A stretch of DNA of 64,000 nt from Mobula hypostoma. Lineage: Eukaryota. Below are positions 47,221-60,099 of this stretch, in pieces. The DNA lies in the NCBI RefSeq assembly GCF_963921235.1, contig NC_086108.1, positions 91,204,001 through 91,268,000 of the forward strand. Direction: 5' to 3'. Under the pieces are notes generated by a model. That model was not told the DNA's origin, did no database searches, and saw only the letters and a program-made list of their open reading frames with translations. The position numbers were made by a program, and so were the translations under genes. How positions within the stretch are numbered: position 1 is the stretch's first letter; each line of letters opens with the position of its first letter.

Positions 47221-48789
47221 ATAAATCTCCCGGACCAGATGGAATGCACCCACATGTTCTGAAGGAACTAGCTGTGGAGATTGCGGAGGCATTAGCGATG
47301 ATCTTTCAAAAGTCGATAGATTCTGGCATGGTTCTGGAGGACTGGAAGATTGCAAATGTCACTCCGCTATTTAAGAAGGGGGCAAGGAAGCAAAAAGGAA
47401 ATTATAGACCTGTTAGCTTGACATCGGTGGTTGGGAAGTTGTTGGAGTCGATTGTCAAGGATGAGGTTACGGAGTACCTGGAGGCATGTGACAAGATAGG
47501 CAGAACTCAGCATGGATTCCTTAAAGGAAAATCCTGCCTGACAAACCTATTACAATTTTTTGAGGAAATTACCAGTAGGCTAGACAAGGGAGATGCAGTG
47601 GATGTTGTATATTTGGATTTTCAGAAGGCCTTTGACAAGCTGCCACACATGAGGCTACTTAACAAGAATTACGGGAAAGTTACATACGTGGATAGAGAGT
47701 TGGCTGATTGGCAGGAAACAGAGAGTGGGAATAAAGGGATCCCGTTCTGGTTGGCTGCCCGTTACCAGAGGTGTTCCACAGGGGTCCGTGTTGGGGCTGC
47801 TTCTTTTTACATTGTACATCAACGATTTGGATTATGGAATAGATGGCTTTGTGGCTAAGTTTGCTGACGATACGAAGATATGTGGAGGGGCCGGTAGTGC
47901 TGAGGAAACAGAGAGTCTGCAGAGAGACTTGGATAGATTGGAAGAATGGGCAAAGAAGTGGCAAATGAAATACAATGTTGGAAAGTGTATGGTTATGCAC
48001 TTTGGCAGAAGAAATAAACGGGCAGACTATTATCTAAATGGGGAAAGAATTCAATGTTCTGGGATGCAACGGGACTTGGGAGTCCTTGTACAGGATACCC
48101 TTAAGGTTAACCTCCAGGTTGAGTCGGTAGTGAAGAAGGCGAATACAATGTTGGCATTCATTTCTAGAGGAATAGAGTATAGGAGCAGGGATGTGATGTT
48201 GAGGCTCTATAAGGCGCTGGTGAGACCTGACTTGGAGTACTGTGGGCAGTTTCGGACCCTTTATTTAAGAAAGGATGTGCTGACGTTGGAGAGGGTACAG
48301 AGAAGATTCACTAGGATGATTCCAGGAATGAGAGGGTTAACATATGAGGAACGTTTGTCTGCTCTTGGGCTGTATTCCTTGGAGTTTAGAAGAATGAGGG
48401 GAGACCTGATAGAAACATTTTGAATGTTGAAAGGCATGAACAGAGTGGATGTGGCAAAGTTGTTTCCCATGATGGGGGAGTCCAGTACGAGAGGGCATGA
48501 CTTAAGGATTGAAGGGCACCCATTCAGAACAAAGATGTGAAGAAATTTTTTTTAGTCAGAGGGTGGTGAATCTATGGAATTTGTTGCCACGGGCAGCAGT
48601 GGAGGCCAGGTCATTGGGTGTATTTAAGGCAGAGATTGATAGGTATCTGAGTAGCCAGGGCATCAAAGGTTATGGTGAGAAGGCGGGGGAGTGGGACTAA
48701 ATGGGAGAATGGATCAGCTCATGATAAAATGGCGGAGCAGACTCGATGGGCCGAATGGCCAACTTCTGCTCCTTTGTCTTATTGTCTAA
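47221..48789 (+). mobile_element. Young CR1 LINE RT and 3' end, same subfamily as 19607-22178
   Basis: ORFs 47202-47858 and 47725-48423, nearly identical in protein to 20643-21407 and 19974-20609; a small deletion causes the frameshift. Confidence 0.95.
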
Positions 48790-49949
48790 TAACTGTGCTT
48801 TGAATGTTGAACCTTCTTCACCACTCTACCTACCTGTGACATCACTAGAAAGTATAAGGAAACATTGGATGAATAATCTTTGGATATTACAATGGCAGTT
48901 GTATTGCCTGGTCATTTAGAAGAAATGCTTAAAGGCATGCAGGATTGCACTGTTCTGTGGCAAATAATTAGTCAAAGTTCAAAGTAAGATTTATTATCAG
49001 AATACATACAAGTCACCACATATAATCCTGAGATTCTTTTGTCTTCTGATTCTTTCGTTAATACCGGAACACCAATAATTAAAGGCCAAACCTTTCACAT
49101 TCAAAGTTCACAGGCAAGTAAACAAATAATGTCGATTAAGGGCAGAAAGTGCTTTGCCTAATTATTACTACTTTCTTTTCATAATAATTACAAACATTAA
49201 GTGACTTTAATTGTGGAGATGTGTTTACCTTAGGCTAGGGCTTCATGAATTGCATAGGGTTTGGAGTATTGAACTAAAAAAGTCAAACTGACAGAGAGAT
49301 TTGGTGAGAAATGACTGTGCAGAGATTTGGTCTTTGGACTGAAGAAAAGATAGACTTGCATTGGGGTTAGTTCAGCATAGATTCACTAGGTAGCTCACTG
49401 AGATGAGGAGTTTAACCTGTGAGGTTGGTATATAGTTGCTGGAGTTAATAAGTGAAAAGTGTTGTCACTGAAGCATGATACATTCTGGATGAGTTTGACA
49501 GTATAGATATCCAAATGTTATTTGTTCCATCTGGAAAATCTACAGTTAAGGAAGATCTTCTAAGGAAGTATGAACAAGACTTTGGAGAGATGTAGTCCTT
49601 GGAGTTATCTCCATTATGTAGTGGATGTCCAGACTTGGAGTACATTCACGGCTACGATTGAGGAACTGAGAGAATTAATGGATATCATTATTGGCAGGCA
49701 AGGTGGATGTGGGACAGATCAACCATGATCTTATTGAACTGCAGAGCAGGTTCCAAAGGCCTGCTCCTGTTTCTTCTTCTCACGGTGGTATGAGGTTGTT
49801 CAAATTGCTTAAAGGTTCTCTTTTTAATGGCAGATATTAGTCATCCACTTCATCCTAAAATGAGAAACTGCCCAATTCCCACAAGTAGTACCTGTATGGT
49901 AACAATAGCTTAATGCAGCATCCGAGTGGTTAATTCTCACTCATTGAGG

Positions 49950-50690
49950 TAGATGCTATTCCTCTCCTTTCCAAGTATGAAAGATTTGAGTCTAAACCCC
50001 ACTCTCAATAGACGAGTGTTCTGGAGCAATACTGGAGAAGACTGTTGTCCTTCAGATCAGATACTAAAACAGATGTTCCATGGATGTTCAAAGAGATCAT
50101 GCACCATTTCGTTGAAGGGCAGGAGAAACTTGCTGAGTGGTTCGGAATATAAAACATCGAACAGTACGGCACAGTATAGGCCATTCAGCCCACAATGTTA
50201 GGCTGACATTTTAACTTACTCCAAGATCAATCAGACCCTTCCTTCCCACACACTTTGGCTAGTGTTTCTCCTTCAATTAAATTGCTAAAATTATTTGCCT
50301 AGCATGATCTCACACATTGTGCAAACCACTGCACTACAGCACGGTAGCATAGTGGTTAGTACAACGGTTTACAGTACCAACAACACCGTTTTATTTCCTG
50401 TTTGCTGTCTGTAAGGAGCCTTTACATTCTCCCTGTGACCATGTGGGTTTCCTCCAGGTGCTCTGGTTTCCACCTACAGTTCAAAGATGTACTGGTTGGT
50501 AGGTTAATTGGTCATTGTAAATTGTTGTGGTTAAATTGGGGGATGCTGGGCAGTGAGGTTCAAAGAGTCGGAAGGGCCTATTCCATGTGGTAGTTCTAAA
50601 TAAGTAAATAAATAAATTGTTACTGGCAGGATCTTGCTACGTTCAAACTGAGTACCACATTTCCCAAAGTACTTCATTGGGTATAAATGC
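49950..50690 (+). mobile_element. Old Deu-domain SINE (SacSINE1/AmnSINE-like), fragmented (about 49950-50140 and 50620-50690)
   Basis: 'tgtccttcagatcagatactaaaacag' resembles the Deu core; L2-like tail 'ggatcttgct...aaagtacttcattgg'. Confidence 0.5.
50337..50615 (+). mobile_element. tRNA-derived V-domain SINE
   Basis: cacggtagcatagtggttag; V-domain 'ttctccctgtgaccatgtgggtttcctccaggtgctctggtttcc'. Confidence 0.85.
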
Positions 50691-51379
50691 AAGACATTCT
50701 GGAGATGTTGGAAATCAAGAGCAACACACGCAAAATGTTGAAGGAACTCAGCAGGACAGGCAGCATCTATGGAGAGGTATAAACTGTTAATATTTTGACT
50801 GTTTATTCCTCTCCATTGATGCTGCCTGACCTCATTGGGTAGGAAGAACACCCTGATCAGAAGTTAAGTGTAAGCCTTCCTTTGCTTCAACCTGCTTTAG
50901 AATATATGTGTCACATAACCTTCTGGAAAGGAAGAGGAGCTCAGTAAGATTAAGCTTGATGAATATCAATACTTTTAGCACAAATAATATTATTCTGCAG
51001 TCACATTATAATTATGTGCCATGCATTGTGCCTGGACCTCCTGACATTCATGAGAAAGAAATACATTTTCTGTAGTTGGAGAAATGGTTGGAGGCCCAAA
51101 GTATTTTCAGAGAAAACACCCATGCAATAGATTTGGCAAGTTGCCAGCACTAAATGACATGTACTTTATTCTGCACTCCCTGGGCAGTAATCTAGAAGGG
51201 AAAATTGGCTGCCCTCTATAAAATCAATAGTCTGAATCTCTGGTATGTTTTATAAATTATAACTTCCTCTCCTTTATAAAGAGGAAGTCAATTTCTTTTT
51301 CTGTAGTATCACTGCCTTTTGTTCTAGCCTTGGCTCATTGCCTGGTGAAGAACCCTCACACATTATGGACTCCACCCTG

Positions 51380-51565
51380 TTAATGTACGTCCAAACTCTG
51401 CTGCCCATATCGTAAGTTATAAAGCACATGTTACCCATCATCCTTGAAGTTACTGATCTACGTTAGCTTCCTGTTCATCAATGCTTTGCCCTTAAAATTC
51501 TTATCACGGTGTTTAACTCCCTTCATCACATCTCTCCTCCCTATTTCTGTAACCTCATCCAGATC
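51380..51565 (+). mobile_element. L2 LINE remnant
   Basis: VQTLLP/NSAA..., 'DLR*LPV', 'LKILITVFNSLH', 'PPYFCNLIQ' resemble the L2 ORF2 C-terminus. Confidence 0.6.
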
Positions 51566-51854
51566 TCTAATCTGGGATCTTGTGTATTTCCCTTACTTTA
51601 TGCCCTTTCATAGCTTCAGCAAGAAAATATTTCTTTGATTCTTTGACCTGCTTCTGCTATTCACTTAGGCAGAGCATTGCTGATTGCAATTATTCTCTAT
51701 GTGAAAAACAGTACTTTGTTTCATCTCCTCTAAATCTTAAAACTATTTCTCACCCCCTACACCTTGAATGTCCCTCATAATTTTGAGTACCTCATTCAGG
51801 TCTCTTTCTTAATGTGAAGCCCTTACCTTGCCCTTTTCATTTTGACTTTGTTTT

Positions 51855-52612
51855 ACTGTGCAGTTTAAAGAATTGATTGTGGACTTCAGGAAGGGTAAGT
51901 TGAGGGAGCACACATCAGTCCTCATCAAGGATTCAACACTGGAAAGGGTGAGCAAATTCAATTTCTTGGGTGTCAATATTTCTGAAGATCTATCCTGTGC
52001 GCATCACATTGATGCAGTTAGAAAGAAAGCACAGCAGCTGTTATTTTTCATTAGCAGTTTGAAGATATTTGGTATGCCAGCAAAGACTCTTTCAAAATTC
52101 TACAGATATATGGTGGAGAACATACTTACAGGTTGCATCACTATCTGGTATGGAGGGACCACTGCACAGGATTGGAAAGAGCTGAGGAAAGTTCCAAACT
52201 CAGCTAGCTCTATCATGGACACCAGCCTCCCCATTATTGATGAGCACTTTCAAAATATGATGCCTCAGAAAGGCAGCATCCAACATTAAGGACACCAATC
52301 TCCCAAGGCATGCCCTCTTCTCATTGGCTACCATCAAGGAGGAGGTACAGGAGCCCGAAGGCACACACTCAACATTTTAGGATCAGCTCCTTCCCCACCA
52401 CTATCAGATTGCTGAATGGACAATGAACCCCTGTACACTACCCCACTATTTTTTTTCTTTTTTCGCTTTCTTTTTAAGCTACCTATTTAATTATATATAT
52501 ATATTTCTTATTGTAATTTAATTTTTAATTATGTATGCAATGTATTACTGCCACAAATGAACATATTTCATGACATATGCCAGTGATGTTAAACATTCTG
52601 ATTCTGATTCTA
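51855..52612 (+). mobile_element. Rex1/Babar 3' fragment
   Basis: ORF 51858-52289 (KELIVDFRK, ENILTGCITIWYG); (attctg)n tail. Confidence 0.9.
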
Positions 52613-53152
52613 AAAAATCTACCCACCTGTATTCCTTTAAAAATTGAGATGAATTAAGCTTTGCGCTAATTTGTTATTTTCTTATTTTTGATGAATTTTA
52701 TTGTTGAATTCAATTTATACATCTCAATAGTAATGCTGTCTCTGGAGGAAAAGGTTGACAGGAGCCACACAGCTGGATAGTGCAAAGAAGCTGATGCACA
52801 GCCAATTTGAAATGACAGTCTCACAAAGAAACTAAATCAACAGATATTACAATAGCTTCCTTGCATCAAGAGACTTTAACTCCTCCCAGCTACTTTCCCC
52901 AAGCATGTCATTAGAGCTTATTTCCTAAAATGAAATACACAGAAAGAAATGGCTAGCATATTAATATTTTAATAGTGTAATTACATCAAAAGGCATTGAT
53001 GTTTCACTTTTGTAAAATAGAAAAACGATAAAATATATTGTCATTCAAATTCCACAAACTGCTAATTCCCCTCCAGATTGTACACGATCCTTACATGGAA
53101 ATACACCATCATTCCTCATGGCCACCTCTTACCATATAGGGCTTTTGGAGTC

Positions 53153-53520
53153 AAAGAGTAACGGAGCATCACAGCACAAAACAGGCCCTTCTGCCCATCT
53201 AATCTGAACTATTATTCTGCCTAGTACCATTGACCTGAACCCAGACCGTAGACCTCTCTAACCCTGCCATCCATATGCAAATCCAAACTTCTGTTAAATG
53301 TTGAAATCGAATCTGTATCCATCACTTCCGCCAGCAGCTCATTCCACACTCTCAGCACCCTCTGGAGTGAAGAAACACCCCCCCCCCCCCCCATGTTCCA
53401 CTTAAATATTTCAGCGTTGATATCTAGTTCTAGTCTCACCCAACCTCAGTGAAAAGCCCGCCTGCATTTACCCTCTCTTTTCCCCTCATAATTTTGTATA
53501 CCTCTATCTATTCTCCCCTA
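53153..53520 (-). mobile_element. CR1 3' fragment
   Basis: QRVLRVWNELL; CR1 tail. Confidence 0.82.
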
Positions 53521-53729
53521 ACTGCACGATAGGAGGCCCTTCACCAGATGGACTACATTGGCACAAGAAAGCAGCACAGCTCCATCTCCGTTGGGCAATT
53601 AGGAAAGGGCAATAAAGGCTGGTCTTCCTATGTACTCCACATACCATTAACTACATGACATAATATTAAATATGTATTGATAATAGCCATGCTACAAGTA
53701 GATAAAAGAAGTTTAAAATTAAACAGAGT

Positions 53730-54645
53730 CGATGAATCAATCTGGATGAAAGAATTGATGGCTTTGTGGCAAAGTTTGCAGATGATACAAAGGTAGGTGG
53801 AGGGGTAGGTAGTACTGAGGAGGTAATGTGATTGCAGCAGGACTTAGACCAATTGGGAGAAAAAGTGGCAGATGGAATACAGTGTTGGGAAATGTATGTT
53901 AATGCATTTTGGTAAAAGGAGCAATAGTGCAGACTATTACCTACATGGGGAGAAGGTTCAAACATCAGAAGTGCAGAGGGACTTAGGAGTCCTCGTGCAA
54001 GACTCCCAAAAGGTTAATTTACAGGTTGAGTCTGTGGTAAAGAAGGCAAATGCAATGTTGGCATGTATTTCAAGGGGAATAGAATATAAAAGCAAGGAGA
54101 TAATGCTGAGTCTTTATAAGAGGATAATCAGGCCGCACTTGGAGTACTGTCAACAGTTTTGGGCAGCATATCTCAAAAGCGTGTGTTATCATTGGAGAGA
54201 AACCAGAGGATGTTCACGAGGATGATTCCGGGAATGAAGGGGTTAACATATGAGAAGCGTTTGGCAGCTTTGGGCCTATACTCACTGAAATTTAGAAGAA
54301 TGTGGGGGATCTCACTGAAACCCACTGAATGTTGAAAGGACTAGGTAGGGTGGATGTGGAGAGGATGTTTCCTAGGGTGGGGATATCCAGAACTGGAGGG
54401 CACAGCCTCAAATAAGGAGGAATTTTTTTTTAGCCAGAGAGCGGTGAATCTGTGGAATCTCTACCACAGACTGCGGTGGAGGCCCAGGTGGAAGTTGATA
54501 GTTTCCTAATCAGTCAGGGCCTCAAAGGATATGGCAGAAGGCAGGTGTATGGGGTTGAGTGGGATCCAGGACCAGCCATGATGGAATGGTGGAGCAGATA
54601 CGATGGACCTAATTCTGCCTATGTCTTATGATCTCATGGTCTTTG
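53730..54645 (+). mobile_element. CR1 3' fragment
   Basis: AKFADDTK; ORF 53872-54225; CR1 tail. Confidence 0.9.
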
Positions 54646-54983
54646 TATAATAACAGCAAAAACTTTGTTGGTCTTTTTAGATCTACCTCATTTATTATTT
54701 GGATATGTTCATATAAAGTCCAACTTCTCACATCACACACTGCTCCAGTACAGAAAGGCAGGCAGTCAACCTATTGACGGAGAACATAACCAATAGCGTT
54801 GAAGTCACTGACTTGTGCTTTGGTTTTGCTGAGACAGTGCACACAGTCAGGAAAAATTCAGGTTGTTGACTTGCAGCTCAGTTTTGTTGAGAGAGTTTTT
54901 GTCAGCTCTGTTGCAGGAAAGGAATTTTAAGACTGCTGTTTAGTGAAAGGATAAAAGAACTGTCAATTTTGACAACTCAGCTA

Positions 54984-55600
54984 GGAGCAGGAATGTGATG
55001 TTGAGGCTCTATAAGGCGCTGGTAAGACCTCACTTGCAGTATTGTGGGCAGTTTTGGGCTCCTTATTTAAGAAAGGATGCGCTGACGTTGGAGCATGTTC
55101 AGAGAAGATTCACTAGAATGATTCCGGGAATGAGAGGGTTAACATATGAGGAACGTTTGTCCGCTCTTGGACTGTACTCCTTGGAGTTTAGAAGAATGAG
55201 GGGGACCTCATAGAAACATTTTGAATGTTGAAAGGCATGGACAGAGTGGATATGGCAAAGTTGTTTCCCATGGTGGGTGAGTCTAGTACAAGAGGGCATG
55301 ACTTAAGGATTGAAGGGCGCCCATTCAGAACAAAGATGTGAAGAAATTTTTTTAGCCAGAGGGTGCTGAGTCTGTGGAATTTGTTGCCACGGGCGGCAGT
55401 GAAGGTCAAGTCATTGGGTGTATTTAAGGCAGAGATTGATAGGTATCTGAGTAGCCAGGGCATCAAAGGTTATGGTGAGAAGGCAGGGGAGTGGGACCGA
55501 ATGGGAGAATGGATCAGCTCATGATAAAATGGCCGAGCAGACTCGATGGGCCAAATGGCTGACTTCTGCTCCTTTGTCTTACGGTCCTATGGCCTTATGG
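54984..55600 (+). mobile_element. Young CR1 3' fragment, third copy of the 19607/47221 subfamily
   Basis: Near-identical to about 48181-48789. Confidence 0.93.
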
Positions 55601-55871
55601 ACATCCAACAAAGCCAGGTATATCACATTGACTCAATCTTGCTCGTAAACCTCATCAAAGTAAATGCAGGCAGTTACAGAACTTCAGTATGTGCACATCC
55701 AAGTGTATAAATCCCAAATTTATTAGGATTCTAACTGCTAATTTTATTGTTATGTTCTGCTGCTTGGCAGGACATGATGTACTGACACTTTCCAACTCAT
55801 ATAACTCTCCAGAAGGTTGTTACTTGGCCTATTGAATCTATGCCAGCTCCCAGGAGACTATCCCATTGGTC

Positions 55872-56075
55872 CATAGAAATATAGAAACATAGAAAACCTA
55901 CAGCACAATACAGGCCCTTCGGCCCACAAAGTTGTGCTGAACATGTCCCTACCTTAGAAATTACTAGGGTTATCCATAGTCCTCTATTTTTCGAAGCTCC
56001 ATGTACCTATCCAAAAGTCTCTTAAAAGACCGTATCATATCCGTCTCCACCACCGTTGCTGGCAGCCCATTCCAT
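55872..56075 (-). mobile_element. CR1 3' tail fragment
   Basis: (atagaaac)n tail; related to 7958-8185. Confidence 0.8.
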
Positions 56076-56150
56076 GGTCTAACTCTACCTCCCCTTAATT
56101 CCCAGTAGTACTGCAATATATTTATTTCATATTTATTCATTCATTTAGAA

Positions 56151-56201
56151 CAAGCTTTATCAACCTGGGGTGCATGGCATAAAAAAGGTTGGGAACCCCT
56201 G
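56151..56201. mobile_element. 51-bp hAT (Charlie-like) mini-MITE
   Basis: Right TIR ggttgggaacccctg; decayed left TIR; 8-bp TSD atttagaa/atttagag at 56143-56150 and 56202-56209. Confidence 0.7.
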
Positions 56202-56204
56202 ATT

Positions 56205-56540
56205 TAGAGACACAGTACAGTGACAGGCCCTTATGATCCAATGAGCCTATAGGAAACTCACACAGTTACAGGGAGAATGTGCAAACTTCCTACAGACATC
56301 AGCAGAACTGAAACCGGGTGGCTGGTGCTGTACTAGCGTTGCTATGTTCCCAGGCTGCCCGTCGCTGTCTCACACACCCATTCTCTCCTCTTGATTTTAA
56401 AATAGCCAATTAAGCTATTAAAAAAACTTTGGGATGTAGGAGTCCACTAGAGCACTCAAGGAGAGCCCACACAGACACATAAGGAACATTCAAACTCCAC
56501 ACAGAGAGAACTGACCTCTTGAGCAATGAGGCAGCGGAGA
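56205..56540 (-). mobile_element. V-domain SINE remnants
   Basis: 'ggaaactcacacagttacagggagaatgtgcaaacttcctacagac' and 'acattcaaactccacacag'. Confidence 0.7.
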
Positions 56541-56559
56541 AGTGTACTGACAGATCCTG

Positions 56560-57100
56560 GCAACACACACAAAATGCTGGAGGAACTCAGCAGGCCAGGC
56601 AGCATCTATGGAAAAAAAAGTACAGTCGAAACCCTTCGGCAGCACTGGAGAAAAAAAGGTGAGAAGTACATTTGAAAGGTCGGGGAGGGGGGTGGTAGAG
56701 AAATGCCAGGCGATAAGTGAAGCTTGGAGGGGGAGGGATGAATTAAAGAACTAGGAAGTTGGTTGGTGAAAGAGACAGAAGGCCATTGCAGAAAGAAAAA
56801 AGGCGGGGAAAGAGCACCAGAGGAAGCCAATGGGCGGGCAAGGGGATAACATGAGAGAGGGACAAGGGGATGGGAATGGTGAAGTGAGGGGAGGCATTAA
56901 TGGAAGTTTGATACATTAATGTTCATGCCATCAAGTTGGAGACTACCTAAATGGAATATAAGATGGTGTTCCTCCAACCTAAGTGTGGCCTTATCCCAAA
57001 AGTGGAAGAGGCCGTGGATGGACATATCGGAATGGGAAGTGGAATTAAAATAGGTGGTCACTGGGAGAACCCACTTGTTCTGACGGATGGAGCGTAGATT
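56560..57100 (-). mobile_element. Penelope-like element 3' fragment (GIY-YIG C-terminus and pLTR)
   Basis: ORF 56897-57118: LPVTTYFNSTSHSDMSIHGL...LRLEEHHLIFHLGSLQLDGMN. Confidence 0.88.
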
Positions 57101-57739
57101 CTGCACAGTATTAGCCACTTCAAAAGGAGTTTTACAGCTGGGTCGAGGAAAACATAGAAAAAAAAGGTGTGTATTAATCTATTGTGTTAGCAATAATATT
57201 TAAATCATATTAAAGTGTATTTATAGGGCTTTATATCATTTTTTACATTATAACTACATAATTGATGTGTTATTTCATCTTTAATAGTCTGAATGCTTCT
57301 GAACATCAGTGACTATCAAAGCATTAAAAAGCTTCACCATCTGTCAGAAGGTTTTCTCAGCTGTTCCGTGGGAAGGCCTTGTTTTAACCTTGTTACATGA
57401 CCTGATTCAGTTGTGTGAAGCTCAAAATTCTGGCCAGTTCAGTAAACAACCTGAACAGTACATGGGAGCGGTAGGTCCCACTCAGAGCAATCCAGTCTGT
57501 CATTTCACAGAACAGGTGATGAAGCAGGGAGCAAACGTCAAGAGGGCCACGGGGTAGTCAATGCAAAAGACTTTCAGGAGATCTTTGATTGTACAGAAAG
57601 AGACAGCCAACTGGAAGTGCTCTTCGGAACATGGAGAATGTTGGAGTTTCTGTTGAAGATGGCAAGAAAAGTAGCATGGATTGTTAGGTTACCTCTTTGC
57701 TATTTGTAGGATTTTTTTGTAAATGAGTTGGTCAGTCAA

Positions 57740-58240
57740 CATCTATGGAGAGTTATAAAGAAGATGGTGGAGGGAGGGGAAAGAATACAAGGTGTCAGGC
57801 GATAGGTGAAAGCAGGTGAGGAGCAAGGTGGATAGGTGGGGAAGGGGGGAACAGCTTCATCGAGTACTTTGCTCCATCCATCATGAAAGGCAGAATTTCG
57901 TGGCTGCCACCAATTTTAAATCAAATTCCCACTCCCATTTCAATATGTTGGTCAATAGTTCCTTCTAATGTTGCAATGCGGCCAAACTCGAATTGGTGGA
58001 GCAACATCTCATTTTCCATCTGGGTAGTCTCTAACCTGATAGCATGAACATTGACTTCTCTAAGTTCTGGTCATTTCTAGCCCTCCGCTTTCTTTCTTTT
58101 TCCATTCACCATTCCAGCTGCCCTCTTAGGCTTCTCTTCTCCTCATCTGTCCATCTACTGCCTCTCCTTCCCTTTCTCCTATGGTCCTCTCTCCTCTCCT
58201 ATAAGATTCCTTCTTCTTCAGCCCTCTACCTCCTCATACA
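57740..58240. mobile_element. Old Penelope remnant with inverted pLTR
   Basis: LELVEQHLIFHLGSL...SMNIDFS on +; purine-rich inverted arm upstream. Confidence 0.7.
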
Positions 58241-58244
58241 TTAA

Positions 58245-60095
58245 CACTTTCATTCCTGGAATCGTTCTCATGAACTTCCTCTGGACCCTCTCCAATGCTA
58301 GCACATCTTTTCTCAGATGAGGGGTCCAAAAATGCTCACAATACTCTTAGTACAGTCTGACCAATTGCTTATAAAGCCTCAGCATCACACCCTTGATCAT
58401 ATTGTAGACCACATGAAAAGAAGGCTTTAAGTGCATTTGCCTTCCTTAAAACTGACTTAACCTTTAGGGGATCCTACACTAGCACCCCCAAATCCCTTTA
58501 CACTCCTGATTTTTGAATTTTCTCCCACTTAGAAAATAGTCTATGCCTTTATTCCTTCTACCAAAGTGAATGACCATACGTTTTCTTACATTACATTCGA
58601 TCTGCCTTTTTTTTTTGCCAATTTTTCCAAACTGTCCAAGTCCTTCTGCAGTCTCCTTGCTTTCTCAACACTACCTGCCCCATCATCTTTCTTTGTATCA
58701 TCTGCAAAGCTGGCCACAAAGCCATCAATTCTATTATTCAAATTGTTGTCATAAAACAATAAAAGAAGAGGTCCCAATACCAGCCATTGTGGAACACCCC
58801 TTGTTACCAGCCGTCAACCAGAGTAGACCCCCATTATTCCGACTCTTTGCCTCCTGCCAATGGACCAGTCTTCTACCCATGTCAGTATCTTTTCTGTAAT
58901 ATCATGGGCTCTTATTTTGTTCAGCAGCCTCCTTTGCGACACCTTGTTAAAGGCCTTCTGAAAATCCAAGTAAACAACATCCACTGACTCTCCTTTGTCT
59001 ATCCTGCCTGTTATTTTCTTAAAGAATTCTAACAGACTTGCAGGCAAGATTTCCCCTGAAGGAAACCATGTTGACTTAGGCTTGTTTTATCATGTGCCTG
59101 AAAGGACCCAGAAATCTCAACCTTAATAATCGACTCCAACACCTTTCCAAACACTGATGTCAGGCTAACTGGCCTATAATTTCCTTTCTTCTGTCTCCCT
59201 CCTTTCTTAAAGAGTGGGGTGAAATTTGCAATTTTCCATTCCTCCAGAACCATTCCATAATCTAGTGATTCTTGAAAGATCATTACTGATGTCTCCACAA
59301 TCTCTTTAACTACCTCTTTCAGAGCTGTAGTCCATCTGTTCTACATGACTTATCTACCTTCAGACCTTTCAGCTTCCCAAGCACCTTAGTAATAGCAACT
59401 GCAAATCCTTCTGCCCCTGATATTATTCAATTTCTTGCATGTTTCCAGTATCTTCCGTACCAATGACTGACTCAAAATACTAAGTTTGTATGCCATTTCT
59501 TTGTCCTCCAATGGTCCAATATCCACTCTCACCTCTCTTTTACTCTTTAAATTTCTGAAAAAGACTTTTGGTATCCTCGTTGATATTTTTGGCTAGCTTA
59601 CCTTCATGTTTTATTTTTTCACTCTTTATGGCTTTTTAGTTGCCTTCAATGATTTTTAAAGGCTTCCCAACCCTCTAACTTCCCAGTAATGTTTACTATC
59701 CCACTTCTTTTGCTTTTATGCTGTTTGACTTCTCTTGTCACCCATGGTTGCCTCATCATCCCTTTAGAAAACTTGTTCATCTTTGGGGTGTATCTATCCT
59801 ATGCCTTCCAAATTGCCTCAGAAACTCCAGCCATTGCTGTTAGGCTATCATTCCTGCTGGTGTCCCCGTCCAATCAACTTTTACTAGTTTCTCTGTCATG
59901 CCCCTTTATTCCACTGTAATACTGATACACCTGACATTATCTTCTCCCTCTCGAACTGCAAGGTGAATTTCTATCATGTATTGATCGGGGTCTCCCAGAG
60001 GTCCTTTACCTTAAGCTTTCTAATCAAATCTGGTTCATTACACAACACCCAATCCAGAATTACCTTTCCCTTCGTAGGCCCAACCACAAACTGCT
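58245..60095 (-). mobile_element. CR1 LINE, decayed APE-RT
   Basis: ORFs 59029-59298, 58814-59047 and 58586-58777 with CR1 RT motifs. Confidence 0.9.
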
Positions 60096-60099
60096 CGAG

